From Verrucomicrobiota bacterium (GTDB lineage Bacteria > Verrucomicrobiota > Verrucomicrobiia > Verrucomicrobiales > Akkermansiaceae): a stretch of 60,597 nt of DNA. The DNA is taken from assembly GCA_041182265.1 (NCBI GenBank), contig JBEGOB010000281.1, positions 1 through 60,597 on the forward strand, in the 5' to 3' direction. A program made the translations under genes and the position numbers. Of the stretch, positions 50,122 to 60,067 are shown piece after piece. The notes below the pieces were generated by a model. That model was not told where the DNA came from and made no database searches. It saw only the letters and a program-made list of their open reading frames with translations. Position 1 is the first letter of the stretch. Each line of letters begins with the position of its first letter.

Positions 50122-52260
50122 ATGCCCGAAAATAGCGATAGCTCTCCCAAAAAAGCCAAGGTGCTCGATTTACTCGATACCACCAAAAAACCTTCGCGCC
50201 GCGAGCGCCAGCGCAAGGAGGCCGAGGTAATCCCGCCTGCCCCGAGCGCCCTCGATGAAAAGAAGGCAAATGCCCTCGATCTCTTCGCTGACGACAAGAA
50301 ATCGAAGATCCGCAAGACTTCGCGCACTGGAAAAGCGGTTTTAGGCACGATCTCTAAAATCCTCGATAAGGAGGAGGAAAAAACTCCCATCATCGAGGAA
50401 CCGCAAACGACTCTTGAAGCGGAGGCCCTCAGTGCCTCACCTGTGGTGGAACCGGAACCCGAAAAGGTGATCGATGATCCGAAGTTGATCGTCATCAAAC
50501 CGCCGATTCTCATTCCCGATCTGGCAGCACGCCTTGGTCTTAAGCCGTTCAATATCATGGCGGACCTGATCAAAATCGGCGTCTTCCCTGCCCCCAACCA
50601 ACCGCTTGAGCCGGACATCGCTGCGAAAATCTGCGAAATCCACGGCTTTACGTTCGAGCGCGAAAAGCGCGACAAGGACAAGGGCATTCACAAAATCGAG
50701 GAGGTCATCACCGAGCCTGAAGCACCTGCGAAGGAGCCTGAGGACTTGCTGAAATTCCGCCCACCGATCATCACGATCATGGGTCACGTCGATCACGGGA
50801 AAACCTCGATCCTCGACTTCCTGCGCAAGACAAAAATCACCTCGGGTGAGGCTGGCGGCATCACCCAACACATTGGTGCTTATCAGGTCATCCACCATGA
50901 TCAGGAAATCACATTCCTCGACACGCCCGGTCACGCCATTTTCTCTGACATGCGCGCCCGTGGTGCGGATATCACGGACATTGTCGTGCTCGTCGTCGCA
51001 GCCAATGACGGCATCATGCCGCAAACGCTTGAAGCGATCAAACACGCGAAAAAGGCGAAGAAAACGATCATCGTCGCAATCAACAAGTGCGACCTTCCGT
51101 CCGCCAATGTGGACCGCGTGAAATCGCAGTTGGCAGAACACGGCCTTCAAACCACCGACTTCGGTGGCGACACGGAATTTGCGGAGGTTTCCGCACTGAC
51201 CGGCCAAGGGATGGATGACCTGCTGGATCTCATGGCACTCCAGGCCGAAGTTCTTGAACTCAAGGCGAATCCAAAGGCCACTGCGCGCGCCGCTGTCATC
51301 GAGGCCCGCGTGGTTCCAGGCCGTGGCACAACAGCCACCGTGATTGTGGAGTCCGGCACACTCAAAGTTGGAACTCCCTTCATTTGTGGCCCTTACGCTG
51401 GCAAAGTTCGTTCGCTCATCAATGACCGCGGTGTTTCTGTGAAGTCTGCGCACCCCGGCATGCCTGTCGAGGTGATTGGATTCGAAGAACTTCCAAACGT
51501 CGGCGACCATCTCACCGAGATGAAAACCGAACGTGAGGCAAAGGCGCTCAGCTCTGAACGCCAAGAAGCCCAGCGTCTTGCGCGCCTCAAGCCCCAGCAC
51601 CGCAACCGGATGCAGGACCTCTACTCGATGGTCCGCGACGGTGGTGGCAAGGCGCAGCTTAAATTGATCCTCAAATGTGACGTCCAAGGATCGGTCGAGG
51701 CCATCAAGAAGGCTGTCCTCGCCATCCAATCGGAAAAAGTCGAATGCACCTTCATCACGGCCGCAGCAGGTCCGATCACGGAATCTGACATTTCCTATGC
51801 CGCATCCACGGATGCAATCATCCTTGGATTCAACGTCAAGGTGGAGGCTAAGGCTGTAAAATCCGCCAAGGCCGCCGGGGTTGAAATCAAGCTTTACTCG
51901 ATCGTTTACGAACTCATCGACCAAGTGCGTGATGCGATGCTTGGACTCTTGGAGCCACTCACTCGCGAGACGGTCATCGGCCACGCGGAAGTGCGCCAGG
52001 TTTTCAAACTGTCCCGTGGCCGCGCCGCAGGCTCGTTCGTCACCGACGGACGGATTCACCGCAAGGCGCATGCACGCGTCGTCCGTGGCGGAATCCCGGT
52101 CTTCGATGGTCGCATGTCCACACTCCGCCGCTTCCATGAAGAAGTCGAGGAGGTCCGCACGAACTTCGAATGCGGCATCCGTCTCGGCGAGTTCAACGAA
52201 TATCAGGAAGGCGACATCATCGAGTGCTATAAACTCGAAAAATACGCGCAATCGCTCTAA
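50122..52260 (+). CDS. infB: Translation initiation factor IF-2
   Basis: [40 protein letters not shown]. Confidence 0.97.
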   Translation: MPENSDSSPKKAKVLDLLDTTKKPSRRERQRKEAEVIPPAPSALDEKKANALDLFADDKKSKIRKTSRTGKAVLGTISKILDKEEEKTPIIEEPQTTLEAEALSASPVVEPEPEKVIDDPKLIVIKPPILIPDLAARLGLKPFNIMADLIKIGVFPAPNQPLEPDIAAKICEIHGFTFEREKRDKDKGIHKIEEVITEPEAPAKEPEDLLKFRPPIITIMGHVDHGKTSILDFLRKTKITSGEAGGITQHIGAYQVIHHDQEITFLDTPGHAIFSDMRARGADITDIVVLVVAANDGIMPQTLEAIKHAKKAKKTIIVAINKCDLPSANVDRVKSQLAEHGLQTTDFGGDTEFAEVSALTGQGMDDLLDLMALQAEVLELKANPKATARAAVIEARVVPGRGTTATVIVESGTLKVGTPFICGPYAGKVRSLINDRGVSVKSAHPGMPVEVIGFEELPNVGDHLTEMKTEREAKALSSERQEAQRLARLKPQHRNRMQDLYSMVRDGGGKAQLKLILKCDVQGSVEAIKKAVLAIQSEKVECTFITAAAGPITESDISYAASTDAIILGFNVKVEAKAVKSAKAAGVEIKLYSIVYELIDQVRDAMLGLLEPLTRETVIGHAEVRQVFKLSRGRAAGSFVTDGRIHRKAHARVVRGGIPVFDGRMSTLRRFHEEVEEVRTNFECGIRLGEFNEYQEGDIIECYKLEKYAQSL

Positions 52261-52359
52261 GAAGTGTCCCGTGCCCGGCGACCGGAAGTTTTGGGAGTTT
52301 CCCCAGACAACCAGTCATTTCCGGATACGGATCACGGATCATTTTTTACCTTTTTATCC

Positions 52360-52719
52360 ATGTCCCGCCGCCTTGATCGCGTAAATGAACTTCTCCGCCG
52401 TGAAATCGGCAATGTCATCCAAAAGGATTATGAGTGGCACAACCGCCTCGTCACGGTGAGTGAGGTGGAGGTGACTCAGGATTTGAAGGAGGGGAAGGTC
52501 TGGATTGGAGTGCTCGGAGGTGAAGCGGGGTCAGTGATTGACAAGCTGAACAAGGACCATGGTTCCATCCAATCGAAGATCATGAAGCGCGTGGTGTTAA
52601 AATCCACGCCAGTCCTGCGTTTTCACCACGACTCATCGGCCATTCGTGGCGTGGAGATCGTCAATTTGCTCGAAGAAGTGGATAAATTGCCGAAGGCACC
52701 GCAAGAAGAGTCGGAGTGA
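52360..52719 (+). CDS. rbfA: Ribosome-binding factor A
   Basis: RRLDRVNELL, VTVSEVEVTQDL, TPVLRFHHD.S. Follows infB. Confidence 0.93.
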   Translation: MSRRLDRVNELLRREIGNVIQKDYEWHNRLVTVSEVEVTQDLKEGKVWIGVLGGEAGSVIDKLNKDHGSIQSKIMKRVVLKSTPVLRFHHDSSAIRGVEIVNLLEEVDKLPKAPQEESE

Positions 52720-52789
52720 CCTCCTGCTAGGCGATGCCCCACGTCAATCGACGTTTGCAGCCACTCATTCGTAATTTCATTTCAATTTT

Positions 52790-53422
52790 ATGATCGAACG
52801 CATCCTCGCCAAACGCATCGTCCCAGTCGTCGTTCTTGACCGTGTCGAATCTGCCGAACCCCTCGCCGAAGCTCTTCTTGCCGGTGGTTTGGACATCATG
52901 GAAATCACCTTCCGCACTGCGGCCGCGGAGGAGTCGATCCGCCGCATCGCCGCTCGCTTTCCAGAAATTTTGCTCGGTGCAGGGACGATTTTGGACCGCG
53001 ATCAAGTCTTGCGCGCGAAAGATGCAGGGGCCAGCTTTGGCCTAGCACCCGGACTCAACCCGAACATTGTGGCTGCCGCACGGGAGTTTGATTTACAATT
53101 TTCTCCCGGTGTGATGACCCCAAGTGATGTTGAGCTGGCCCTCTCGCTCGACTGCAAATTGCTAAAGTTTTTCCCCGCCGAAGCCGCTGGCGGTGTGAGT
53201 ATGCTAAAGTCCCTAGCAGGTCCATACGCCCACACTGGCGTCAAATTTATCCCAACGGGTGGCGTCTCATCCGGCAATCTGACTGAGTATCTCAAGCTAC
53301 CGATCGTTGCAGCCATTGGTGGCTCGTGGATGGTCGAAAAACAGTTGGTCAATGACGGGAAGTGGGCGGAAATCACTCGCATCACCCGTGAGGCACTTGC
53401 GACAGCCGCACTTTCCCAGTAG
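52790..53422 (+). CDS. eda: KDPG/KHG aldolase
   Basis: EITFRT, GAGT, PGVMTPSD, KFFPAE, PTGGV, GGSW. Confidence 0.93.
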   Translation: MIERILAKRIVPVVVLDRVESAEPLAEALLAGGLDIMEITFRTAAAEESIRRIAARFPEILLGAGTILDRDQVLRAKDAGASFGLAPGLNPNIVAAAREFDLQFSPGVMTPSDVELALSLDCKLLKFFPAEAAGGVSMLKSLAGPYAHTGVKFIPTGGVSSGNLTEYLKLPIVAAIGGSWMVEKQLVNDGKWAEITRITREALATAALSQ

Positions 53423-53432
53423 ATTCCCCCAC

Positions 53433-54287
53433 ATGATCGCAGGCATCGAACTCGGCGGAACGAAGACCGTTGTCGTCATCGGCACAGCCCAAGGAAAGGT
53501 CCTCGAGGAACTCAGATTTCCCACCACGGACCCTGTCAGCACATTCACAACGGCCGTGGAGTGGCTTAGCGAGCGCGGCGGCGTGGAGGCCATCGGAATC
53601 GGAGCTTTCGGCCCCGTCGGTATTGTTCCCGGGCGCCCCAATTACGGCAGGATGCTCGCCACGCCCAAGAAAGACTGGGAGGGATTTTCAATCATCAAGG
53701 CGCTCGGAGCCGCATTTCCCACCGCAAAATTAACCTTGGAAACGGATGTGAACGCCGCCGCCCTCGCGGAGGCCAAAATTGGCGCGGCAGCAGGACTGAA
53801 CGACGTTTGCTACATCACGATCGGCACCGGAATCGGTGCGGGAATCTTGTCCGGCGGCCACTTGATCCATGGTGCGCTTCACCCGGAATTCGGCCACTTG
53901 AAGGTGCCACGCATGCCGGGTGATGAATTTCCAGGAGTCTGTCCATTTCATGGTGACTGTCTTGAGGGACTGGCCAGTGGACCGGCCATCGCGGCCCGCT
54001 GGGGGAAGCCCGCCCAAGAATTGGAGGCGGATCATCCAGCATGGGACACGCAAGCTTGGTATTTGGCCCATGGCATTCTTTCGCTGCTGGCCATTGTTTC
54101 GCCCGAGCAAGTGATCGTCGGCGGAGGTGTTTCGCAGGCGTTCGGACTTCATGAGAAGATTCAGCGCACCCTGTTGAAAATCGCGGGTGCCTACTTCCCA
54201 CCACTGCTCAAGAAGGATTATGTGGTCGCGCCGAAACTCGGCCAAGATGCGGGTATTTGCGGCGCCCTTTTGCTCGCAGGTTCCTAG
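53433..54287 (+). CDS. ROK family sugar kinase (fructokinase-like)
   Basis: IELGGTK, TDVNAAA, TIGTGIG, HPEFGH, CPFHGDCLEGLASG. Confidence 0.88.
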   Translation: MIAGIELGGTKTVVVIGTAQGKVLEELRFPTTDPVSTFTTAVEWLSERGGVEAIGIGAFGPVGIVPGRPNYGRMLATPKKDWEGFSIIKALGAAFPTAKLTLETDVNAAALAEAKIGAAAGLNDVCYITIGTGIGAGILSGGHLIHGALHPEFGHLKVPRMPGDEFPGVCPFHGDCLEGLASGPAIAARWGKPAQELEADHPAWDTQAWYLAHGILSLLAIVSPEQVIVGGGVSQAFGLHEKIQRTLLKIAGAYFPPLLKKDYVVAPKLGQDAGICGALLLAGS

Positions 54288-54312
54288 CCAAGCCAAGAGC
54301 GCCTCCCGCGAC

Positions 54313-55212
54313 CTACCGTATCTCCACTTCGTTGCCAATGCGCGTAATCAGGCTGATTTCCTCAAGGTCCTGAGGCTGCAGAATCACCCCACTTGGAATT
54401 TCGTCGCTACCCTCCTCACCGGGTGGGACCAGCGAGCGAATTTGCAATGTCGGTTTTTCGAGAATGATGATTTTCTGGGCCGCCCGATAATCCTTCGACT
54501 GCGACGTAACTTTACGATCCCCGATTTGGGCGATTTTTGAGCGAATCGTAGTGCGTCCCGGGCTTAGCGTTCCCGGAACATTCAGGTGTAAAATTGGATA
54601 TTCCCGGATGAAACGCCCCCCGTCCCAAATCGATAGGGTTTTCCGCCGGGACTCAATTAGAATGCGAAACTCCAATGGCATGACGACCAGCTCGTCACCG
54701 GGCTGGATATTCCCAAACTCAGTCATGCTGTTGAGGTGCATGATGCAATCCAGCGTGGTCTTATACTGGCCGGCGATGCCAAGAAACGAGTTTCCTCGCT
54801 TCACCACATGCGTCTGCTTTCCCTCCATGTGAGTGGTGGATAGCACTTCGTCCAAGTTGATTTCTCCAACGATCCGTCGGGCGATGGGAGCGGAAGAAGA
54901 TCCAGGAAACACGTTGACGATCGCCGTGAGTTTTTCACGCGCCTCGGGGATTTTTCCAAGCGCGAGGAGTTCATGCGCCTTTTGAAAAGCCTTCTCTCCT
55001 GGATCGATATCAGGCATCTCTGCAGCATCCAACATTTTCGCGAAATCCGCATCCTCTTGCTGCCCAACAATTTCCGCCGGATTCGGGATGATTTCCTCGA
55101 AAATGCCGCCGAGAGGTTCCACCGCAACATGATAGGCGAACATGCCGGTGAAGGTCATGACTGCGAGCACGCCACCTGCGGCGAGGAGCTTGATTAGCGT
55201 CCAAAGACTCAT
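54313..55212 (-). CDS. Membrane-anchored TPR-LysM-YkuD-like protein lacking L,D-transpeptidase catalytic residues
   Basis: N-terminal TM, TPR-like helix pair (FPGSSSA), LysM (HVVKRGNSFLGIA..IQPGDEL), YkuD-like tail with PSGVIL in place of SHGCIR. Confidence 0.72.
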   Translation of the reverse strand: MSLWTLIKLLAAGGVLAVMTFTGMFAYHVAVEPLGGIFEEIIPNPAEIVGQQEDADFAKMLDAAEMPDIDPGEKAFQKAHELLALGKIPEAREKLTAIVNVFPGSSSAPIARRIVGEINLDEVLSTTHMEGKQTHVVKRGNSFLGIAGQYKTTLDCIMHLNSMTEFGNIQPGDELVVMPLEFRILIESRRKTLSIWDGGRFIREYPILHLNVPGTLSPGRTTIRSKIAQIGDRKVTSQSKDYRAAQKIIILEKPTLQIRSLVPPGEEGSDEIPSGVILQPQDLEEISLITRIGNEVEIR

Positions 55213-55229
55213 GGGGAGGGAAAACTCTC

Positions 55230-55766
55230 TCAAATGAGACCGCGGCGCTTGAAATCAAAAGCGTTGATCTCGTGCGAGCGTAAAATCATCTCGAAGGAAA
55301 ATTTGAGAACCGAGATTTCCCACGCATCATCCACTCCTTCGATGATCGCGCGTGAGGGATTGCCGGTGCGGCGGATGTCTTCGAGCACCCGCTCGCGGAC
55401 ATTTTCGAGGCTGTCATGAAGAATTTCCTCATGCACTTGGCCCCGGCGAAATCTGAAACCATATTGAAGAAACGCTAAGTCTTTGCCCTCTTTTTCCAAT
55501 TTCTCGACCAACTTGTCGAAACGAGCACGGGCAGAAGGATCGAAGCCATCCAACTCAACCTCACGGTAGGCGGATGGTCTCAAAATACGCGGACGCATCG
55601 CCTCGACCTCTCCCGTCGGAATCCGAACCTCCCCCACCCGAGCCATGAGTTCGCTGAGGAGTTGGAACTCAAAGCGAGTCTCCCCGAAGGTCTCGATGCG
55701 GCGGTCTGGCTCGTGGAGAACCTTGGTGGTTTCGAGAGCGTAATGAATGTCGTCTGGGGAATGCAT
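55230..55766 (-). CDS. Conserved-looking hypothetical protein
   Basis: 178-aa soluble ORF between acpP and the LysM gene, apparently co-transcribed with the latter. Confidence 0.7.
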   Translation of the reverse strand: MHSPDDIHYALETTKVLHEPDRRIETFGETRFEFQLLSELMARVGEVRIPTGEVEAMRPRILRPSAYREVELDGFDPSARARFDKLVEKLEKEGKDLAFLQYGFRFRRGQVHEEILHDSLENVRERVLEDIRRTGNPSRAIIEGVDDAWEISVLKFSFEMILRSHEINAFDFKRRGLI

Positions 55767-55804
55767 CGGGAGGAGAAAAGTGTTGCCCAGTTCCGGCGCA
55801 ATGC

Positions 55805-55845
55805 AAAGAAAAGGGCGGACACCTCTGGAGGAGCCCGCCCTTTTC
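55805..55845 (-). terminator. Intrinsic terminator downstream of acpP
   Basis: gaaaagggcgg...ccgcccttttc inverted repeat with a U-rich tail on the minus strand. Confidence 0.75.
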
Positions 55846-55868
55846 GAAAAGCGTTCGCCTACCAAGTA

Positions 55869-56111
55869 TTAGGCCTGTTGGCTGTTGATGTAGGTGACAA
55901 CGTCGCCCACAGCTTGGAGCTTTTCAGCTTCTTCATCTGGCACTTCGATATCGAATTCCTCTTCGAAAGCCATCACGAGTTCAACGGTGTCGAGCGAATC
56001 GGCACCAAGGTCCTCGACGAATCTTGCTTCTGGAGTGACTTGGTCAGCATTAACGCCGAGTTGGTCAACGATGATGTCTTTTACACGAGCTTCGATACTT
56101 TTATCTGACAT
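55869..56111 (-). CDS. acpP: Acyl carrier protein
   Basis: [20 protein letters not shown]. Confidence 0.97.
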   Translation of the reverse strand: MSDKSIEARVKDIIVDQLGVNADQVTPEARFVEDLGADSLDTVELVMAFEEEFDIEVPDEEAEKLQAVGDVVTYINSQQA

Positions 56112-56219
56112 AAGTTGTATGGGTATGAGGGTTGGCGATGAAGGTGCTTATCGCCTTGGCTACCGACTTGGCAACCCCGAAAACGGAATCACATGCGGAA
56201 AAGCGTGGGAAACGGAAAT

Positions 56220-57044
56220 TTAGCCTGCTGGGTTTGAATCATCCGACTCGGATTGCTCAAGGTTGGCTGCTGCATACTCGATGATCTCACCCGAGAAATT
56301 CGCCCGAATCTGCCGCATCAAACGCTCGGCTGGCTCATCGTTCTCTTTCTTAAATCCCCCGTAGGTCAAGCCATCGATGCGAATTCGTCCTTTGCCAGCG
56401 GTGCCATCATAGTCGATGAACGCCAAGGCCTTGTTCTCCCATTTGCGGAGATCGAGCGTCTTGAAATCCGTGAATGGCACGCGTTTGCCCTGTTGAGTGG
56501 TGATGGCGGCACCATCCACCGAGATTGAGCGGCGGACTGTGCGCAGGAGGAAAAACGCGGCTGCCAAGGAAAGCCCGAGACAAATGTAAAACACGATCCA
56601 TTGCTCGCTGATTTTCCCAGCGTCATAGGGTTGCTCCGGTGGGGATGCATTCATCCCGCGCTCCTTGGTGAACTCGCGCCACAAAATATTCCACTGCAAA
56701 GGCTTCATCCGCTCATAGTCTTGGAGCACCGCCGGCCAAGCCATCGGCAATTCAAGCGACGCCGGCAAAACCGAGGTGTCTTTCGGGAAAACCACCGTCT
56801 GCTTTTCTGCGTGCGCCGCCCATGCAGCTGGAGTCAACGCTCCCTCAGAATTCATTTTCGCAAACTCGTCGTTGGCGGCTTGGAAGGTCTTGTGAAGGTA
56901 AAATGACTCATTTTTTTTCCGATACCCCGTCGAGCCGTCCACATAAAAAAGCACTGAAAAAACTCCAAACATGAGAAACATCACGACCGCCCGAAAGAGG
57001 AACCAAGGCGTGGGCTTGCAAATAATCGGCTCAGATGAAGTCAT
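56220..57044 (-). CDS. Hypothetical membrane protein (2 TM)
   Basis: Two hydrophobic helices flanking a periplasmic loop, C-terminal beta-rich domain. Confidence 0.7.
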   Translation of the reverse strand: MTSSEPIICKPTPWFLFRAVVMFLMFGVFSVLFYVDGSTGYRKKNESFYLHKTFQAANDEFAKMNSEGALTPAAWAAHAEKQTVVFPKDTSVLPASLELPMAWPAVLQDYERMKPLQWNILWREFTKERGMNASPPEQPYDAGKISEQWIVFYICLGLSLAAAFFLLRTVRRSISVDGAAITTQQGKRVPFTDFKTLDLRKWENKALAFIDYDGTAGKGRIRIDGLTYGGFKKENDEPAERLMRQIRANFSGEIIEYAAANLEQSESDDSNPAG

Positions 57045-57231
57045 GATTTCTGGACGAAACAATCGTGCCCCCGGGAAATTGGCAAGCCACAAGCAGGGAA
57101 AATCCGCGGATTCCCGAAGACACCTAAAAACCGCGCAGACGGACATGCAAACTTCCAGAAGCCAATTCGTCGGTAATTCAAGGCAGTTCCGACTTGTCCT
57201 AAGCCATTCCTGCGGTTACGGAGGTGCCGTT

Positions 57232-58263
57232 ATGCCAATTGCAACTCCCGCGCAATACCGCGCCATGTTGGACGCCGCCCAAAAAGGTGGCTATGCCTAC
57301 CCCGCCGTCAATGTCACTTCCATCGTCACCATCAATGGTGCGCTCCGGGCATTCGCAGAAGCGAAAACGGACGGAATCATCCAAGTTTCAACGGGTGGTG
57401 GCGAATTTGCCTCAGGCACTTTGGTCAAAGATGCCGCATTTGGAGCCATCGTTCTTGCGGAAGCTGCCCACCTGCTTGCCGAGAAGCACAATGTCCTCAT
57501 CGCACTTCACACGGACCACTGCCACCCAGCGAAGGTTGACGGATTCCTCCGCCCACTCTTGGAGGCTTCTAAGAAGCGTGTCGCTGAGGGCAAGGGCCCG
57601 CTTTTCCAATCCCACATGTTCGACGGCTCCGAACTCCCGCTCGACGAAAATATCAAAATTTCAAAGGAACTCCTCACCGAATGCGCCTCACTCGGCATCA
57701 TTTTGGAAGTGGAAGCTGGCGTCGTCGGTGGTGAGGAAGACGGCCACGACACCTCCGGCCTCCCTGCGGATAAGCTCTACACGACTCCAGAAGACATGCT
57801 CGCTGTCTATGAGGCGCTCCAGCCAATCGGCCGTTTCCTTTTCGCCGCCACTTTCGGCAACGTCCACGGCGCCTACAAGCCTGGCGCAGTGAAACTGAAG
57901 CCGACGATTCTTCGCGACGGTCAAAAGGTCGTCACAGACAAACATGGTCCAGCCGCTGAAATGGACCTCGTTTTCCACGGTGGCTCCGGCTCGGAACTCG
58001 CCGATATCCGCGAAACCCTCGACTACGGCGTGGTTAAAATGAACATCGATACGGACACGCAATACGCGTTCACTCGCCCGATCGTCACACACATGTGCGA
58101 AAACATCGAGGGTGTCCTCAAAATCGACGGTGAAGTTGGCAACAAAAAGGCCTATGATCCCCGCGCTTATTTGAAAAAAGCCGAAATCGCGGTGGCCGAC
58201 CGCCTGAAAGAAGCCGCAGACGACCTTCGCTCAACCGGTCGCACGATTTTCGGCACCGTCTAA
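57232..58263 (+). CDS. fbaA: Class II fructose-bisphosphate aldolase
   Basis: LHTDHC, SHMFDGS, GGEEDG, FGNVHGAYKPG, VFHGGSG, KMNIDTD. SD GGAGG present. Confidence 0.96.
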   Translation: MPIATPAQYRAMLDAAQKGGYAYPAVNVTSIVTINGALRAFAEAKTDGIIQVSTGGGEFASGTLVKDAAFGAIVLAEAAHLLAEKHNVLIALHTDHCHPAKVDGFLRPLLEASKKRVAEGKGPLFQSHMFDGSELPLDENIKISKELLTECASLGIILEVEAGVVGGEEDGHDTSGLPADKLYTTPEDMLAVYEALQPIGRFLFAATFGNVHGAYKPGAVKLKPTILRDGQKVVTDKHGPAAEMDLVFHGGSGSELADIRETLDYGVVKMNIDTDTQYAFTRPIVTHMCENIEGVLKIDGEVGNKKAYDPRAYLKKAEIAVADRLKEAADDLRSTGRTIFGTV

Positions 58264-58274
58264 TCGCTCAACTT

Positions 58275-58307
58275 AAGCGGCCTTGGAACCCTCCAAGGCC
58301 GCTTTTT
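58275..58307 (+). terminator. Intrinsic terminator after fbaA
   Basis: aagcggccttgga-accc-tccaaggccgctt followed by ttt. Confidence 0.85.
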
Positions 58308-58348
58308 CGTTTATCCCCACCGTCAACAAAGCCCATCACTCCTTCTTC

Positions 58349-59125
58349 ATGACCGAGAAAAAAACTGCCCAAGAGCATCCGCTCGCCAATATTTTGATCA
58401 ACGTGATCATTCCTGTGTTGATTTTGAGCTATCTCAGTAAAGACCCTGACCTGCAGGAAAAACTCGGAAAAGTCGCCAAACCTTGGCACATCGGCCCACT
58501 CAAGGCCATGGTGCTCGCCCTCCTCTTGCCGCTCGGATACGGGGTGTGGCACTTTGTCAAAACTCGCAAAGGCAATTTTTTCTCCGCCCTCGGGCTAATT
58601 TCGGTTCTTCTATCCGGCGGACTGACCCTCTACCTCTGGAACGCAAACGGCACGGTTAAGCCGAACGCTGGCATCCTTTTCGGACTCAAGGAGGGCCTCA
58701 TCCCACTCGTTTTGGGAGTCGCCATCCTAACATCACACCGCTCCAGCACACCACTCATCCGGGTTTTTCTCTACAACGACACGATTTTTGACATCCCAAA
58801 AATCGAACGGCGGATTGCGGAAATTTCTGCTGAACGTGAATATCAAAATCTACTGCTTGGTGCGACGAAGCTCTTCGCAGCGTCTTTCTTTATCAGCTCG
58901 GTGATGAACCTGATCCTCGCGCAGTGGTTTTTCCGTGGCTTTGACTCCAAGGCGATCGACGCACTAGAAACCTACAACGCAATTGTCGCCCGCCTAACCG
59001 GCTGGGGCTTCGCGGTCATCGGAGTGCCCATTCTGATCTTTTTGTTCTTCACCCTGAAGCGCTTACTCAAGGGACTTGGAGCGCTTACAGGGATGAAAGA
59101 TGACGATTTGATGCTACCCCGTTAG
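58349..59125 (+). CDS. VC0807-family membrane protein
   Basis: NILINVIIPVLIL, NFFSALGLISVLL.GG, KEGLIP, SFFISSVMN. Confidence 0.75.
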   Translation: MTEKKTAQEHPLANILINVIIPVLILSYLSKDPDLQEKLGKVAKPWHIGPLKAMVLALLLPLGYGVWHFVKTRKGNFFSALGLISVLLSGGLTLYLWNANGTVKPNAGILFGLKEGLIPLVLGVAILTSHRSSTPLIRVFLYNDTIFDIPKIERRIAEISAEREYQNLLLGATKLFAASFFISSVMNLILAQWFFRGFDSKAIDALETYNAIVARLTGWGFAVIGVPILIFLFFTLKRLLKGLGALTGMKDDDLMLPR

Positions 59126-59161
59126 ATCGAGGGTGGGGCAGCAAGATTCGCGCAGTGGAAT

Positions 59162-59446
59162 TCAGTCCACCAGATTATCAACCCGCTGCGCGAGTTCGAC
59201 ATCAAGGTCCGTCACGCCACCCGCATCGTGGGTGGTCAGACGCAAGGTCACTTTGGTGTGCTTGATTGTAATGTCCGGGTGGTGTTGGGCCTCCTCGGCG
59301 ATTTCCGCGAGATCGTTTACGAAATCAATCGCGTCCATGAATTCTTCAAACTCAACGGTGCGCGTGATTGCCTTCTTTTCGTAGTCCCACTCAGGACATT
59401 TTTTCAAGGCGGCGGTGAGATCATCATCTTCAATAAGTTCGGACAT
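59162..59446 (-). CDS. phhB: 4a-hydroxytetrahydrobiopterin dehydratase (PCD/PhhB)
   Basis: AEEAQHHPDI, LTTHDAGGVTDLD. Confidence 0.92.
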   Translation of the reverse strand: MSELIEDDDLTAALKKCPEWDYEKKAITRTVEFEEFMDAIDFVNDLAEIAEEAQHHPDITIKHTKVTLRLTTHDAGGVTDLDVELAQRVDNLVD

Positions 59447-59541
59447 AATAGGATCGGGGAAGTGTTCGAGGCGAGAGTGCTGCGTCTGATTCACGATTGG
59501 CAAGCCGTTTCCGTAGTTCTTCAAATTCAGCGTTCCTCGCG

Positions 59542-59570
59542 TTGCATCCACGCCAGCATTCGCCTACACT
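59542..59570 (+). promoter_or_regulatory. Putative sigma70 promoter, leaderless-type
   Basis: TTGCAT-17 nt-TACACT, then 6 nt to the ATG at 59577. Confidence 0.65.
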
Positions 59571-59576
59571 TCAGCC

Positions 59577-59999
59577 ATGAAAAAGTTTGCCCCGGCTCTT
59601 TTAGCCAGCCTTATTTTTTCCGCATGCGCCCCATCAACACCGCAGACGCGGATCCAACGCAGTCCGGAAAAATTCGCCGCACTCAGCCAGTCCGAGCAAT
59701 CCCTCGTGCAGCGTGGGCAACTGGCGCGCGGAATGTCGGCTGACGCAGTCCTCCTCGCATGGGGCGCGCCCGACCGCCGCTACGAAGGCTTCCGGAATGC
59801 ACTTCCAACCGAGCGCTGGGATTACCTCGCCGACCGCCCCATCTACACGCATTCATCCTTCGGCTACTACGGCTACGGCAGTCGCGCCTACTCGCACTTC
59901 GGCATGGCACTCGAACCCGATGTGATTTTCGTCCCCTATCAATACGCTTCAGTCTGGTTTATTAAAGGCCGTGTGGACGCTTGGGAACGGGGCCGCTGA
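59577..59999 (+). CDS. Lipoprotein (SmpA/BamE-like motif)
   Basis: Lipobox FSA-C, GMSADAVLLAWGAP, ERWDY, VWF..GRV. Confidence 0.7.
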   Translation: MKKFAPALLASLIFSACAPSTPQTRIQRSPEKFAALSQSEQSLVQRGQLARGMSADAVLLAWGAPDRRYEGFRNALPTERWDYLADRPIYTHSSFGYYGYGSRAYSHFGMALEPDVIFVPYQYASVWFIKGRVDAWERGR

Positions 60000-60067
60000 A
60001 TCCCGTCCTATCGCGCTCTTGCATGCCGGAGAAAAATCTCCATGATGCTTCCAATCCGATCCCGCCG

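Noticed and set aside
50437-52251. 604-aa ORF antisense to infB
   Set aside because: Shadow frame of a conserved gene with biased codon use; no recognisable motifs.
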